From: Phycisphaeraceae bacterium
Lineage (GTDB): Bacteria; Planctomycetota; Phycisphaerae; Phycisphaerales; Zrk34
DNA: 64,000 nt
Assembly: GCA_040905565.1 (NCBI GenBank)
Contig: JBBDRF010000083.1
Location: forward strand, 8,277 to 72,276
Reading direction: 5' to 3'
Shown: piece after piece, positions 1-9,901 of the stretch
How the letters are laid out: every line of letters begins with the position of its first letter
How positions within the stretch are numbered: position 1 is the stretch's first letter
Notes under the pieces: generated by a model
The model's input: the letters and a program-made list of their open reading frames with translations, nothing else
Databases searched by the model: none
What the model was told of the DNA's origin: nothing
Translations under genes and position numbers: made by a program

Positions 1-1
1 C

Positions 2-1510
2 ATGCCCCTGCTTCGCACCGCTCTCCGCACCGCCGTGCGCGAAGCCGCCACACGTGAGGATGATCTCGCGGAAAAGGCGACACAGCTGGCGCTCGATGTG
101 CAGTTCGCCCATGACCTCGAACCGCTGAACCTCAGCGCGTTGGCGCAGCTGCCCGACCGTTTCGTGCCCGGCCTGCAGGGGCTTGCGATGCGTCGCAACG
201 CGAACTGGGCGTGGAGCTTCCCCGGTTCGGTCATCGCCACGAACACCAATCTCTCGGGTCAGGTCAACCGCATGCTTTCGCAGGTCGATCTGCCGCTGGA
301 CCACCTCGCGCGCATCGGCACCGCCGACGGCCCGCCCCTCTACCGCTTCGACGCCATCCACCTCGTTCGCCCTCAGCCCGACGCCGACCTCCTCACGCTC
401 TACCGCGGCAACGAACTGCTTCCCCCCCTGCCGCTCGATGACCGACAGCTCACGCAGCTTACCGACACGCTGCTGCAAAACGTCCTGAGCCGCCAGCGCA
501 CCAACGGCCGATTCGCCGGCACCTACGAACCCACCGCCGACACCTATTCACCGGTAAACGCACGACCCGTCGATGCCGCCGCCGCGGCCTATGCCCTTGC
601 GCGGACAGCAAGGCTGGAGCGCCTGGATCCCGCCCGCCGTGAAGCCGCCGCTCAAGCAGCCGTCCGCGCGCTGGAGCGTCTGACCAGCCCTGCCGACGCG
701 GAGCAGCAGCGCATCACCAACGATCTGGCAACCTCCGCCCTCACGCTGCTTGCTTTGCTCGAAACGCCCGGAGCAGCCGACCTCAACGATCAGCGTGACC
801 GCCTCGCCGAGGCCATCATCTCACGCCATCGCGCCGACGGCTCATTCGCCAGCAGTGCCGAAGACGGCGACACCTCCCTCGCCACGCACGCCCTGGCCTC
901 CGCCGCCCTCGTCCGCATCTATGATCGCACCCGCGATGCCGACGTACTCGAAAGGGCCCACCTCAGCATCGACGCCCTCTGGCAGCGCCTCGCCGACGAC
1001 CCCCGCCGCGCCACCGATGCCATGCCCTGGCTCGCGATGGTCGAACTGGATCTGGATCGCCTGAATCAGCCGACCGGCTATCGCAGCCGCCTCGTCGAAA
1101 CGGCCACCGCCATCTGGCGCGAGCAGGTTCAGCCTCTGGACGAAGACGCCCAGCGCACCAGTGACATCGTCGGCGGCTTCATCGTCCGCGACGCCTTCTT
1201 CCCCGAGCCCATCTGGCAATCGTCGCGCATCCTCGCCGGTCAGTCGATGCTGCTGCACGATCCAACGCTTATCCCTGCCGATCAGCGCACCGCCTGGCTG
1301 GTCAACTCCGCCCGAGGCGCTCGCTTCCTCGCCCAGCTCACCATGCAGCCGACCTCCGCCTTCTACGTCCAGCACCCCGAGCGTGCCATCGGCGGCACCC
1401 GCACCGCCATGTCGAACAATCGCCAACCCCTGGCCGCGACCGCCATGAGCCTGCTCGCCACAGTCGAACTGGAAAACGCCCTCGCCCGCCTAACCGCCGC
1501 CAGCCGCTGA
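2..1510 (+). CDS. 5'-truncated protein: AMMECR1-like segment followed by an (alpha/alpha)-barrel (prenyltransferase/cyclase-like) region
   Basis: ORF is open from the window edge. FVPGLQGLAMRR...FPG resembles AMMECR1-type motifs. RQRTNGRF and RHRADGSF resemble QxxDGxF barrel repeats. Family call by eye only. Confidence 0.45.
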   Translation: MPLLRTALRTAVREAATREDDLAEKATQLALDVQFAHDLEPLNLSALAQLPDRFVPGLQGLAMRRNANWAWSFPGSVIATNTNLSGQVNRMLSQVDLPLDHLARIGTADGPPLYRFDAIHLVRPQPDADLLTLYRGNELLPPLPLDDRQLTQLTDTLLQNVLSRQRTNGRFAGTYEPTADTYSPVNARPVDAAAAAYALARTARLERLDPARREAAAQAAVRALERLTSPADAEQQRITNDLATSALTLLALLETPGAADLNDQRDRLAEAIISRHRADGSFASSAEDGDTSLATHALASAALVRIYDRTRDADVLERAHLSIDALWQRLADDPRRATDAMPWLAMVELDLDRLNQPTGYRSRLVETATAIWREQVQPLDEDAQRTSDIVGGFIVRDAFFPEPIWQSSRILAGQSMLLHDPTLIPADQRTAWLVNSARGARFLAQLTMQPTSAFYVQHPERAIGGTRTAMSNNRQPLAATAMSLLATVELENALARLTAASR

Positions 1511-1535
1511 CGCCGCGGGCGAAGCAAAAGAATAG

Positions 1536-1654
1536 TAACCACAGAGGCACAGAGGTAGAGGAGAAGAAACACAGAGAAAGAGTCAGGCCCTTGCCTACCT
1601 CTTTCTTCTAAAAACTCCCCTCTTACCTCCTCCCCCTCTGTGCCTCTGTGGTTA
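1536..1654. repeat. Intergenic inverted-repeat element (MITE/REP-like) with 20-bp perfect terminal inverted repeats
   Basis: TAACCACAGAGGCACAGAGG (1536-1555) is the exact reverse complement of CCTCTGTGCCTCTGTGGTTA (1635-1654). Interior is purine-rich, then pyrimidine-rich. Confidence 0.8.
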
Positions 1655-1687
1655 AACCTCTTCGCCTCTTTTTCTTGGTTGATCCAC

Positions 1688-3217
1688 GTGAGCCGACTGC
1701 CTTTCGATCCGAAGAAGCTTCCCGACCGCGATGCCGGCCCCCCCGCTCAGCGTGACCGCGCACGCTACGGCGAATTCGATCAGCCCGAGCCGCTCTCCGT
1801 CACGCAGCTGACCACGCTCATCAAACGCGTGATTGCCGACCGCACCCCGTCGCCCGTTCGCGTCGTCGGCGAGATCTCCAACTTCTCCGATCGCAAGCAC
1901 TGGTACCTCTCGCTCAAGGACGACGCCAACGTCATCTCCTGCGTCATGTGGGCCTCCGCCGCCGGCCGCTGCGGCTTCACCCCCGATCGCGGGCAGCAGG
2001 TCGTCGCCACCGGACGCCTGGACTACTACGGCCCCCAGGGCCGCCTCCAGATGTACATCGATCAACTCGAGCCCGTCGGCCAGGGCGCCCTCGAACTGCG
2101 CTTCCGTCAACTCTGCGAAGAGCTTCGCAAGCTCGGCTACTTTGATGACGCTCACAAGCGCCCGCCGCCGTCCTTCCCTCAGCACATCGCCGTCGTCACC
2201 AGTGCCGGCGGGGCTGCCCTGCATGACGTGGTCAACACCGCCCACCACCGCTGGCCCGGTGTGAAACTCAGCCTCGTGGATGTCCGCGTGCAAGGCGACG
2301 AAGCGGCTCAGCAGATCGCCGACGCCATCGATTCCCTCAGCGCTCATCATGCAGCCCTCGGCATCGACGCGATCATCCTCACCCGAGGCGGCGGCAGCAT
2401 GGAAGACCTCTGGGCCTTCAACGAACGCATCGTCGCCGAGGCGGTCTATCGCTGTCAGCTTTTCGTCGCCGCCGCGATCGGTCACGAGACGGACACCACC
2501 GTCGCCGAACTGGTCGCCGACCTTCGCTGCTCCACGCCGACGCAGGCCGCCGCTCGGCTGGTCCCCGACGCCGCCGCTGAGCATCATCGCATTCAGCAGT
2601 ACGCCCATCGCCTGCGGACCGCCCTGCGCCGCCGCGTCGAGAACGCCCGCGCCCGCTGGCAGACCGTCGCCATGCATCCGCTGTTCCGTAAGCCGACCGA
2701 GACGATCGACCGCCATCGCCAGATGCTTCGTCATCTTGAACATCGCCTCGGAGCGGCTGCGAAGCATCGCGTTGCCGACGCGCGCGATCGCCTGCAGACC
2801 GCCCGCCACGACCTGCTCTGCCACGACCCCGCCAACCGCGCCCGGCTCGCCCGGCGGGAGCTCGACGAAGCGACACGCCAGCTTCAGAACCATCTACGGC
2901 AGCGCCTCGCTTCGGAGCGTCAACACCTTCACGCACTGCAGCGTCAGCTCCAGGCAGTCGGCCCCGACAGCGTCCTCTCGCGCGGCTATTCTTACACCAC
3001 CGACGAGCAGGGCCAGGTTCTCCGCTCCGTCGAGCAAACCCAGCCGGGCCAGTCCGTCCTCACCCACCTCGCCGACGGCAAGTTCCGCTCCACCGTCACC
3101 CCCCCCACCGGGCCGCCCACCTCGCCGCCACCGGCGAAGCCTGCCGCGAAGAGAAAATCCAGGCGCCGCGCCGCGGAGACTTCCCAGCCGAAGTTGTTTG
3201 ATGAACTGGACTCTTGA
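1688..3217 (+). CDS. xseA: Exodeoxyribonuclease VII large subunit
   Basis: OB-fold VVGEISNF...HWYLSLKD, IAVVTS.GAA..D, RGGGSMEDLWAFN, AIGHETD, TPTQAA, LSRGY. Start placed at GTG 1688 because the ORF-track start at 1640 lies inside the inverted repeat. Confidence 0.95.
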   Translation: MSRLPFDPKKLPDRDAGPPAQRDRARYGEFDQPEPLSVTQLTTLIKRVIADRTPSPVRVVGEISNFSDRKHWYLSLKDDANVISCVMWASAAGRCGFTPDRGQQVVATGRLDYYGPQGRLQMYIDQLEPVGQGALELRFRQLCEELRKLGYFDDAHKRPPPSFPQHIAVVTSAGGAALHDVVNTAHHRWPGVKLSLVDVRVQGDEAAQQIADAIDSLSAHHAALGIDAIILTRGGGSMEDLWAFNERIVAEAVYRCQLFVAAAIGHETDTTVAELVADLRCSTPTQAAARLVPDAAAEHHRIQQYAHRLRTALRRRVENARARWQTVAMHPLFRKPTETIDRHRQMLRHLEHRLGAAAKHRVADARDRLQTARHDLLCHDPANRARLARRELDEATRQLQNHLRQRLASERQHLHALQRQLQAVGPDSVLSRGYSYTTDEQGQVLRSVEQTQPGQSVLTHLADGKFRSTVTPPTGPPTSPPPAKPAAKRKSRRRAAETSQPKLFDELDS

Positions 3218-3314
3218 TGATAAGATTGTTCCTTCCACGGACGACAAAGGGTGGAAAATGCAGCGATTGCTGCCCCCTTTTCCTCTGTTCGTCGGTGGTT
3301 GTTTTCCTTTGAGC

Positions 3315-3342
3315 TTGATTTTTATTTTCCATCGGTGATAAT
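3315..3342 (+). promoter_or_regulatory. Candidate sigma70-type promoter for rpsT
   Basis: TTGATT-N16-GATAAT in AT-rich intergenic DNA about 55 bp upstream of rpsT. Confidence 0.5.
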
Positions 3343-3395
3343 GTTGGGCTCGAAACGATCGAACCCTAGCATCGCTGCAAGCAGGAACCGGATAC

Positions 3396-3671
3396 ATGGC
3401 CCATTCGCTGTCCGCAAAGAAACGCATCCGCCAGAACGTCAAGTCGCGTGCTGTGAACCGCTGGCGTAAGAGCCGCGTCAAAGACGACGTCAAGACCTTC
3501 CTGCTCGCCGTCCGCGAAGGCGACGCCACCAAGGCCGAGGAAGCTTACAAAGCCGCCTCGCGCACTCTGGACAAAGTCGCCGCAGCCGGCACGATTCACA
3601 AGAATACAGCTGCAAGGCGTAAATCCCGCCTCGCCAAGCGCCTTCACAAGCTGACTCAACCCAGCGCGTGA
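3396..3671 (+). CDS. rpsT: 30S ribosomal protein S20
   Basis: MAHSLSAKKRIRQN...IHKNTAARRKSRLAK, the S20 signature; 91 aa. Confidence 0.97.
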   Translation: MAHSLSAKKRIRQNVKSRAVNRWRKSRVKDDVKTFLLAVREGDATKAEEAYKAASRTLDKVAAAGTIHKNTAARRKSRLAKRLHKLTQPSA

Positions 3672-3714
3672 CTCTCGCTCATCTGCTGCCTATCCTATGG
3701 CAGTCGACCGGTTT

Positions 3715-3785
3715 TGGGGATTAGTGTAACGGTAGCACGACTGATTCTGGTTCAGTTAGTGGAGGTTCAAATCCTCCATCCCCAG
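3715..3785 (+). tRNA. tRNA-Gln (anticodon CTG); CCA not encoded
   Basis: Acceptor stem TGGGGAT/ATCCCCA, anticodon arm ACTGA-TTCTGGT-TCAGT, T-arm GGAGG-TTCAAAT-CCTCC. Confidence 0.95.
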
Positions 3786-3805
3786 TTTCGTTGAATTTCT
3801 CAATC

Positions 3806-3843
3806 AACCCCGCTTTGGCGCAACGCCGGCGGGGTTATTGTTT
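3806..3843 (+). terminator. Likely intrinsic terminator after rpsT-tRNA
   Basis: AACCCCGC...GGCG-CAA-CGCC...GCGGGGTT hairpin followed by ATTGTTT. Confidence 0.6.
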
Positions 3844-3877
3844 GCGCCCGCCCCTCCCACCCAGGCGCACATCACCT

Positions 3878-3899
3878 AGCCCCGGCCTTGGCCGGGGTT
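3878..3899. repeat. GC-rich palindrome (REP-like, or terminator of the convergent minus-strand operon)
   Basis: AGCCCCGGCC-TT-GGCCGGGGTT. Confidence 0.4.
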
Positions 3900-3950
3900 C
3901 CCCCGCTGCGCATGCGCTACGGGCGGCGAGCGCCGGAACGGTGGCATCCG

Positions 3951-5159
3951 TTACTCGCGACCGTTCCAGTAGATGATGACGTTTCGCGTGGCTCTGCCGG
4001 AGGCGACGATGTCCAGTCGTCCGTCGCCGTCTAGGTCGGCGATCGCCAGATCCTCAGCCGCCATCTGGTTGTCGTCCAGCGTATGGGTCGCCCAGTTCGT
4101 GCCGCTTTCGTCGAGCGGCACGTACAGCCGAATGCCGACCTGATTCTCAGCATCAGGCATGCGCCACCCCGCGACGATCTGAGGCGGCCCGATGCCGAGA
4201 AAATCCGCCACGCCCAGCGCATGCCCCTGATTCAAGCGGTCGTCAAGCACATGCCGCACCGGCTCCTGCGGATCCGCACCCGAGGTATAAGCAACCACCC
4301 TCGGCCCGTGCATAGGCTCGATCGTAGCCATGGCCACTTCTTCCTCACGCTCAGCCATCCTGAAGCGGATTTCGCCGCCGGGCTCGCTGAGAAACGGCGG
4401 CGGGGCCGCCATCGTCGGCTCGGCGACGCTGAGATCAACCACGGCGCCGATGCCCTCCCGACCGATCACCAGCACATGCTCGTTACCCTGAGGCAGCACA
4501 ACTACGTCGAGGTTGTGCGTGCCGCTCATGCCCGTTTCCACGAACGTGCTCGCCCATTCACCCTCGGCAAGATTGTCCGGTGGTGTAACAACTTGAACGC
4601 GCACGCCGTCGCCGGCCGCCTCGCCGTCACCGTCGGTCTTCGGGTTCAGCGGGAGCACGACCAGGCGGAACTGCTCCGCCGCCGCCTTCACCCAGCGCAT
4701 GCGGTGCGTGGTGGGATCGTGCGGCTTGATCTGCCGGGCCTCCCATCGCTGTGTCGGATCGTCAGGCCGATGCAGATAGAACACGGCCCCCGACCGCTCG
4801 ACATCCGCCGTTTCGCTTGGGTTCCACTGCGCCCCGATGGCCACTTCGACCTTGCCGTCGCCGTTGATGTCGCGGGCGGCGATGCAGACGTTGTCAGCAT
4901 CGGTCAGATTCTCCGCCATCACGTGCTTGTCCCAGGGCTGCCCCGCCTCGCCGGGATTGCGGTACCACACAATCTGCCTGCTGTCGGCGAGCAGAATGTC
5001 CGGCTGCTCGTCGCCGTCAACATCGCCGACCGCGACGCCGTAGCCGACGCTGATCGCGTCATCGATGGTCTGGGGATGGAAATTGGGCTCGGGGATTTCG
5101 CCGAGCGCGGTGCCGGCGAAGGTCAGCATGACGATCAGTAGGATGCGGATGTGTGACAT
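3951..5159 (-). CDS. Secreted FG-GAP/VCBS-repeat beta-propeller protein (aldos-2-ulose dehydratase propeller-like)
   Basis: Signal peptide; repeats GDVDGDEQPDI, RDINGDGKVEV, ADLDGDGRLDIV. Confidence 0.8.
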   Translation of the reverse strand: MSHIRILLIVMLTFAGTALGEIPEPNFHPQTIDDAISVGYGVAVGDVDGDEQPDILLADSRQIVWYRNPGEAGQPWDKHVMAENLTDADNVCIAARDINGDGKVEVAIGAQWNPSETADVERSGAVFYLHRPDDPTQRWEARQIKPHDPTTHRMRWVKAAAEQFRLVVLPLNPKTDGDGEAAGDGVRVQVVTPPDNLAEGEWASTFVETGMSGTHNLDVVVLPQGNEHVLVIGREGIGAVVDLSVAEPTMAAPPPFLSEPGGEIRFRMAEREEEVAMATIEPMHGPRVVAYTSGADPQEPVRHVLDDRLNQGHALGVADFLGIGPPQIVAGWRMPDAENQVGIRLYVPLDESGTNWATHTLDDNQMAAEDLAIADLDGDGRLDIVASGRATRNVIIYWNGRE

Positions 5160-5210
5160 TTGCGTTTCCTGATGCAGTAGCAGTTGTGCTGGTCTATCAC
5201 GTTCGACCCG

Positions 5211-8009
5211 TCACGGCCGACGGCGGGTGCGTTGTCCCGCTTTGCGGCGGGCTTGATCCATGGCTGAGAGGACGTCGCCGCCCTCGTCCTGAGCCGGGGG
5301 AGGCGCTGAGGGTTTTGCCGCTGAAGCAACGCCCGCTGCGGGTGCTGCCACGGGGCGGGCGGACTGTCCGGGCTGCGCTTTGGCCGGCCTGGCGGGCGTT
5401 GGTGCCGGCTGCGCAGCGTCCGATTGCGAAGGTTGTTTCACGCGCCGGCGACGCAGCAGCTTCATGACGTTGGTGACGTGGCCGGTGCGGCGTTCGAAGA
5501 CTTCGAGCAGGAACACGACCGCCGCGATCAGCAGCAGGTACGGCGAGAGGTCGACCATGCGAGGCCGACGGCTCATCTCCGACCACACGCCGCCCATGTC
5601 CAGCCGTTCGACGCCGCCGCTCGCCCGCGCCAGTTGCCGCAAGCTTTCTACGCCTCGCCGCGTGGTCACCGGAGCGTACTCCGGTGCATAAGGTAGCGTC
5701 ACCGGCGCTCCTGCCACGACCGCCTCGCCGTTCTGCCCGGGCCTCTGGATCGAGGCGGTGACGATGACGGTCTCCGCGCCGTGCAGCGTGACGTCGTAGC
5801 CGAGTTCGTCCGCAGCGATGTAGGCCATGTTTACCTGTTCGGCCACGGGGCCTTCGCCGGGATGACCTCGGAGGATGGTCAGTTCGGGCAGATCGGTAAA
5901 CGGCGGCCCATCGCTGCGCGGATCGAGATGCAGCCGCACGCGCAGCCGGCCTTCTTCAAGTTGCTGGGTGAGGACCATATCGTCGCCGAGGTCGTTATCT
6001 TCGCCAGCCGCCCAGCGTGCCATGGAGGTCATCATGTCGCCGACCTCCTGCCACTGGGCGATGGGGCCGGTGAATTCACCGTCCGCTTCACCGGTGTAGG
6101 CGACGGCACGCCCGAGCCCAGCCTGCCATGCTGCGAGCAGCGGCGCTTCGTATTCATCACGCGTACGGATGGCCAGTTGCGCCCCCTCACGCAGGTACGT
6201 CAGGCCGTAGCCGCCGACCGCCGGCACGTCGCCGGGCGACCACCCCAGCAACCCACGGAAATTCGACGCGGAGGCAACCGGCGTGAGTTCTTCGATGAAC
6301 GTGGACCGTGCGATTATCTCGATATCCTGGGCAAAAAGCCTGGGCAGTTGCTTCGCGTCCATCGTTTCGTAGTAACGTCCTGCCCCGCGCTGAGCAATCC
6401 CTTCAAGCAGTTGCCGATCGACGCCGGCCCCCAGCGCCACCGTCGAGACGGTCGCGTTCATCTGGCGCAGTTCATCAACGAGCCCGAGGTGGTCGGCGTC
6501 GGGCGTCTGGCCATCACTGAGGACGATCACGTGCCGATTCTGCGTCGTCGCCGCACGCAGCATGTTCCGGGCAGCGACCATGCCCGAATGCAGGTTCGTC
6601 CCGCCTGCGGATTGAATACGCGAGATGTCATGCTTGATCGCTCCCGCATTGCCCGCCGACTGCAGGCTGCTGGCGATGTTGGCCTGTCCATCGAAGATCA
6701 CCACCCCTACTTCGTCGACAGGCGTGAGCATATCGACGGCCATGATGGAAGCTTCGCGCGCCATCGCCAGTGGTTCGCCGCTCATACTCCCGGAGCGATC
6801 GATGACGAGCACCATCGCCGTCGCAAGTTTGCGATGCTCCTGCCGCAGTTCCATCGACACCGGCAACACCGGATCCAGCGGCCCTTCAAAGTAGCCGCCT
6901 GCGCCGAAGCTGTGAGGCCCGCCTGTCATCAACAAGCCTCCGCCGGCGTGCTGCACCCACTGCGCCATGTTCGCCAGCCGCGTATTGCCGAACGACCGCG
7001 CGGGGACATCTTCAAGAACGACTGCGGAGTAGCCGCCGAGCTGCCCAAGGTCACCGACGAACCCGCTCGGGCCGATCGCGCTGACATCAAGCCCGCCGGC
7101 CCGCAGCAGCCGCGCCAACGGTGGATCCGCCTTCTCGCTAACCAGCAGAATCGGCCTGCGGCCTTCGACGCCGACCAGCAGCCGGGCCGTGTTATTCTCA
7201 AGCTGCGGGTCGTCCCCCTCGCCACGGATGCGCAGTGTGTACGAAGCGGTCCCCGCGCTTTGGACCGCATCACGGAACGTCAGCCGCGACTGCCCCGCCG
7301 CCACATCACGCGTGCCCCCAGCGATCACCCGATCACCTCGGCTCAGCTCGTAACGCACCTGCTGAGCCGTGGGCGCGCGAAGCGTGGCTGCGACGAGAAA
7401 CTCCTGCTCGGGCGTCACGCGCGCCGGGCCGTCGAGCCGTTCGATCGCGAGGTCATTGACGACAGGCCGCTCCATGACGCGGTAGTCGACGCCGATGCCG
7501 CGCCCCGCCGCCCGCCCGGCCGTCTGCGAAAGATCGCGCCCGGTCCAGCGGCCGTCGCTGAGCACGATCACCCGCCCTTCTCCGTCGCGCGGCACCATCG
7601 TCAGCCCCGCTTCCACTGCCTCGGCAATGTTCGACGCATCACTGCCGACTTCCGTCACGAATCCGCCGAACGGCTGATGCTCCGGTGACTGCTCCACGCG
7701 AACCTCACGCCCGAAGCCCAGCACCGCAAGCCGATCCTCCGTGCGCATGCCGCTGGCCAGCGTGGCGATGAGTTCGCTTTGCCGCTGCTCCATCCCCTCG
7801 GGCATCGAAGCGCTGCGGTCGGCGACGACGACCACCGTCGCGCCGTGGCCCGGCAGCACCACCGCCACGCGCGCCAGAGCCGCCACCACCAGCAGGCAGA
7901 CGATGCTGCGCAGCACCTGCGTGCCGAAGCCCGGCACACGCCACAACCAGACCGCCACGCCCAACGGCAACGCCAGCAGCAACCACATCGGCTCAAGCAG
8001 CGTCGTCAT
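5211..8009 (-). CDS. Membrane protein with two vWA domains and a class I glutamine-amidotransferase-like domain
   Basis: MIDAS motifs DRSASM and DRSGSM, VLSDG twice, GGGLLMTGGPHSFGAGGY, N- and C-terminal TM helices. Start at ATG 8009 overlaps the upstream stop (ATGA). Confidence 0.85.
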   Translation of the reverse strand: MTTLLEPMWLLLALPLGVAVWLWRVPGFGTQVLRSIVCLLVVAALARVAVVLPGHGATVVVVADRSASMPEGMEQRQSELIATLASGMRTEDRLAVLGFGREVRVEQSPEHQPFGGFVTEVGSDASNIAEAVEAGLTMVPRDGEGRVIVLSDGRWTGRDLSQTAGRAAGRGIGVDYRVMERPVVNDLAIERLDGPARVTPEQEFLVAATLRAPTAQQVRYELSRGDRVIAGGTRDVAAGQSRLTFRDAVQSAGTASYTLRIRGEGDDPQLENNTARLLVGVEGRRPILLVSEKADPPLARLLRAGGLDVSAIGPSGFVGDLGQLGGYSAVVLEDVPARSFGNTRLANMAQWVQHAGGGLLMTGGPHSFGAGGYFEGPLDPVLPVSMELRQEHRKLATAMVLVIDRSGSMSGEPLAMAREASIMAVDMLTPVDEVGVVIFDGQANIASSLQSAGNAGAIKHDISRIQSAGGTNLHSGMVAARNMLRAATTQNRHVIVLSDGQTPDADHLGLVDELRQMNATVSTVALGAGVDRQLLEGIAQRGAGRYYETMDAKQLPRLFAQDIEIIARSTFIEELTPVASASNFRGLLGWSPGDVPAVGGYGLTYLREGAQLAIRTRDEYEAPLLAAWQAGLGRAVAYTGEADGEFTGPIAQWQEVGDMMTSMARWAAGEDNDLGDDMVLTQQLEEGRLRVRLHLDPRSDGPPFTDLPELTILRGHPGEGPVAEQVNMAYIAADELGYDVTLHGAETVIVTASIQRPGQNGEAVVAGAPVTLPYAPEYAPVTTRRGVESLRQLARASGGVERLDMGGVWSEMSRRPRMVDLSPYLLLIAAVVFLLEVFERRTGHVTNVMKLLRRRRVKQPSQSDAAQPAPTPARPAKAQPGQSARPVAAPAAGVASAAKPSAPPPAQDEGGDVLSAMDQARRKAGQRTRRRP

Positions 8010-9901
8010 ACCGCACTCCCCTGCCGCCGCAGCAGCCAACCGTGCCAGAGCAGCAGCCCCGTCACCACCAGCACGAACGCCCAGCCGATATCGCGATAGG
8101 TTTGCCCCAGCGTCTGAACCTCCTGCCAATCGCCCCACGTTCCCGTGGCCGAGTTGCGCAGATCCGAAGCTGTCCGGCTGCTGGCGTTCACGGCGAGGCG
8201 TCCTTCGAGGCGATCGCCTTCTTCACCACCCGCGATGTACGACCACACGCCCGGCTGATCCATCATCACCGCCGCTTCGCCGGTCGGCGCGTTCACCGTC
8301 CGCGACTCACCGGCGGGCGTGGTCAACTCCAGCACATCCACCCCCCGAGGCAGCCGCACCGTCACGCCCTGCCCGACCGCTGCGTTCGTCGGCCGCGCGC
8401 CTGGCCGAGCCTCCTGCCGCCATCGCACAAGATTGTCCAGCAGGATGACCCAGTCGGGGGCACTGAGCAGATTCGATCCCTCACCGCGCCAGCGTAGCGA
8501 AACCGTCCGCCCGCCCGTGGCACGTTCCGCCACGCTCAGCAGGGCCTCGTTGCCGACCATCACAATCGCCTGCCCCGGCACGTCGCGCTGCCCGCCGGCC
8601 TGTGTTTCATCTTGCGATTCTGCATCGTCGGACGGGCGATTGACTGACCAGAGGACGCCGCTGAGCGCGAGGCCCTGCGTGAGCGGATGCGTGGTGTCGA
8701 TCGCGTACGGCCCCGCAAGCACGCCTGTCTCGCCCCGGCCACGCACGATCCTGAACACGTGACGTTCGGCATTGCTCGCAGCCGCTTCGGGCGAAGCATC
8801 CGTGATCAGCAGTTCCGCTTCCGCAGCGGCGACGAAACGCACGCGGCCGGTCGATTCCAGCGCACGTCTTATCGCCCGGACAAGGCGTTCGCCGGTGCTT
8901 GTGTCGTCTTCGATCGCCACGGCCACACGCACCCGCAGCGGACGGTTTTCCAGCAGCACCGCTTCGTTGTCCAAAACCAGAGCGTCCTCCTGCTCAAGCT
9001 GGATATGGGCCGGTTGGTCTGGAGTCAGCCGCGTCCGAATCCGCCTTGTCTCACCCGCCTCCAGCGTGATGCCGATACGCTGAGCCGCCACGCCTTCCTG
9101 CTCGATGCGCAAGACAGCCTCAGCCGCACGCGTGCCGAAGTTCCCCACTTCAAGCACGCCCCCCCCACCGTTCTCCGCAGCATTCCCGTCAGCGGTGTCG
9201 TTTTCCGTATCGGTGCTATTTGCCGGCCGATCGCTGTGACGCCAGGCGTTGATGATGGCGAGGTTGGGATCGGCTTCCCCGAAGGCCGCCCATCGGATGC
9301 GGCCGCCTTCGAGGGCAGTCTCGTCATCAGGCGGCCGATGCGTGACGACCATCACCCGCCCCGTCTCGCCCACCATCTCCGAAGCGCGGGCGATGGCAGC
9401 ATCGAGATCCGCGCGCGGCGCCGTCGGCTGCCAATCCGCCAGAGCCGATTGGAGTTGATCGTGCCGTTCAATCACGTCGCCCAGCACACGCGGCTCCAGC
9501 CCCGCCGCGAGCAGCCGCACACGATGGCGACCCGGCTGAAGCTGTTCGGTCAGCGCGTCGATCGCCCGCTCCCGTACGCTCTGGTCCGTCCCCGCCTGCA
9601 TCGCGAACGAATCGTCGAGCACCACCGCGATCGGTACGCGCACCGTCGAAGCCGTCGCCCGTGGACCGGCCGCCGCCAGCACGAGCCCCGCCAGGATCAA
9701 AAGCTCCAGCAGCAAGATGAGCCACGGCGGCTGAAAATGCTCCACGCGCTGCCCGCCGGATTTCACCGCCGTCAGCTGTTGCCAGATGATGTGGCTCGAG
9801 ACCACCCGCCGTCGATACCGCGTCTGCAGCAGGTAGATTCCCGCGAGAATCGGTAACGCCACCAGCCCCGCCAACATGATCGGCAACGTCAGAATACCCA
9901 T
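8006..9901 (-). CDS. BatA N-terminal domain / vWA membrane protein
   Basis: BatA-type start (LPILAGIYLL..R.RRRVVSS..IW), degenerate MIDAS LDDSFAM, C-terminal TM helix. Confidence 0.85.
   Translation of the reverse strand: MGILTLPIMLAGLVALPILAGIYLLQTRYRRRVVSSHIIWQQLTAVKSGGQRVEHFQPPWLILLLELLILAGLVLAAAGPRATASTVRVPIAVVLDDSFAMQAGTDQSVRERAIDALTEQLQPGRHRVRLLAAGLEPRVLGDVIERHDQLQSALADWQPTAPRADLDAAIARASEMVGETGRVMVVTHRPPDDETALEGGRIRWAAFGEADPNLAIINAWRHSDRPANSTDTENDTADGNAAENGGGGVLEVGNFGTRAAEAVLRIEQEGVAAQRIGITLEAGETRRIRTRLTPDQPAHIQLEQEDALVLDNEAVLLENRPLRVRVAVAIEDDTSTGERLVRAIRRALESTGRVRFVAAAEAELLITDASPEAAASNAERHVFRIVRGRGETGVLAGPYAIDTTHPLTQGLALSGVLWSVNRPSDDAESQDETQAGGQRDVPGQAIVMVGNEALLSVAERATGGRTVSLRWRGEGSNLLSAPDWVILLDNLVRWRQEARPGARPTNAAVGQGVTVRLPRGVDVLELTTPAGESRTVNAPTGEAAVMMDQPGVWSYIAGGEEGDRLEGRLAVNASSRTASDLRNSATGTWGDWQEVQTLGQTYRDIGWAFVLVVTGLLLWHGWLLRRQGSAV

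Noticed and set aside
1640..1687. N-terminal extensions given by the ORF track (xseA; likewise vWA 8138, gspG 38618, gspH 38098, flgF 58820, DUF1080 45683)
   Set aside because: They overlap neighbouring genes or repeats. Downstream starts fit family N-termini, SD position or stop/start coupling better.
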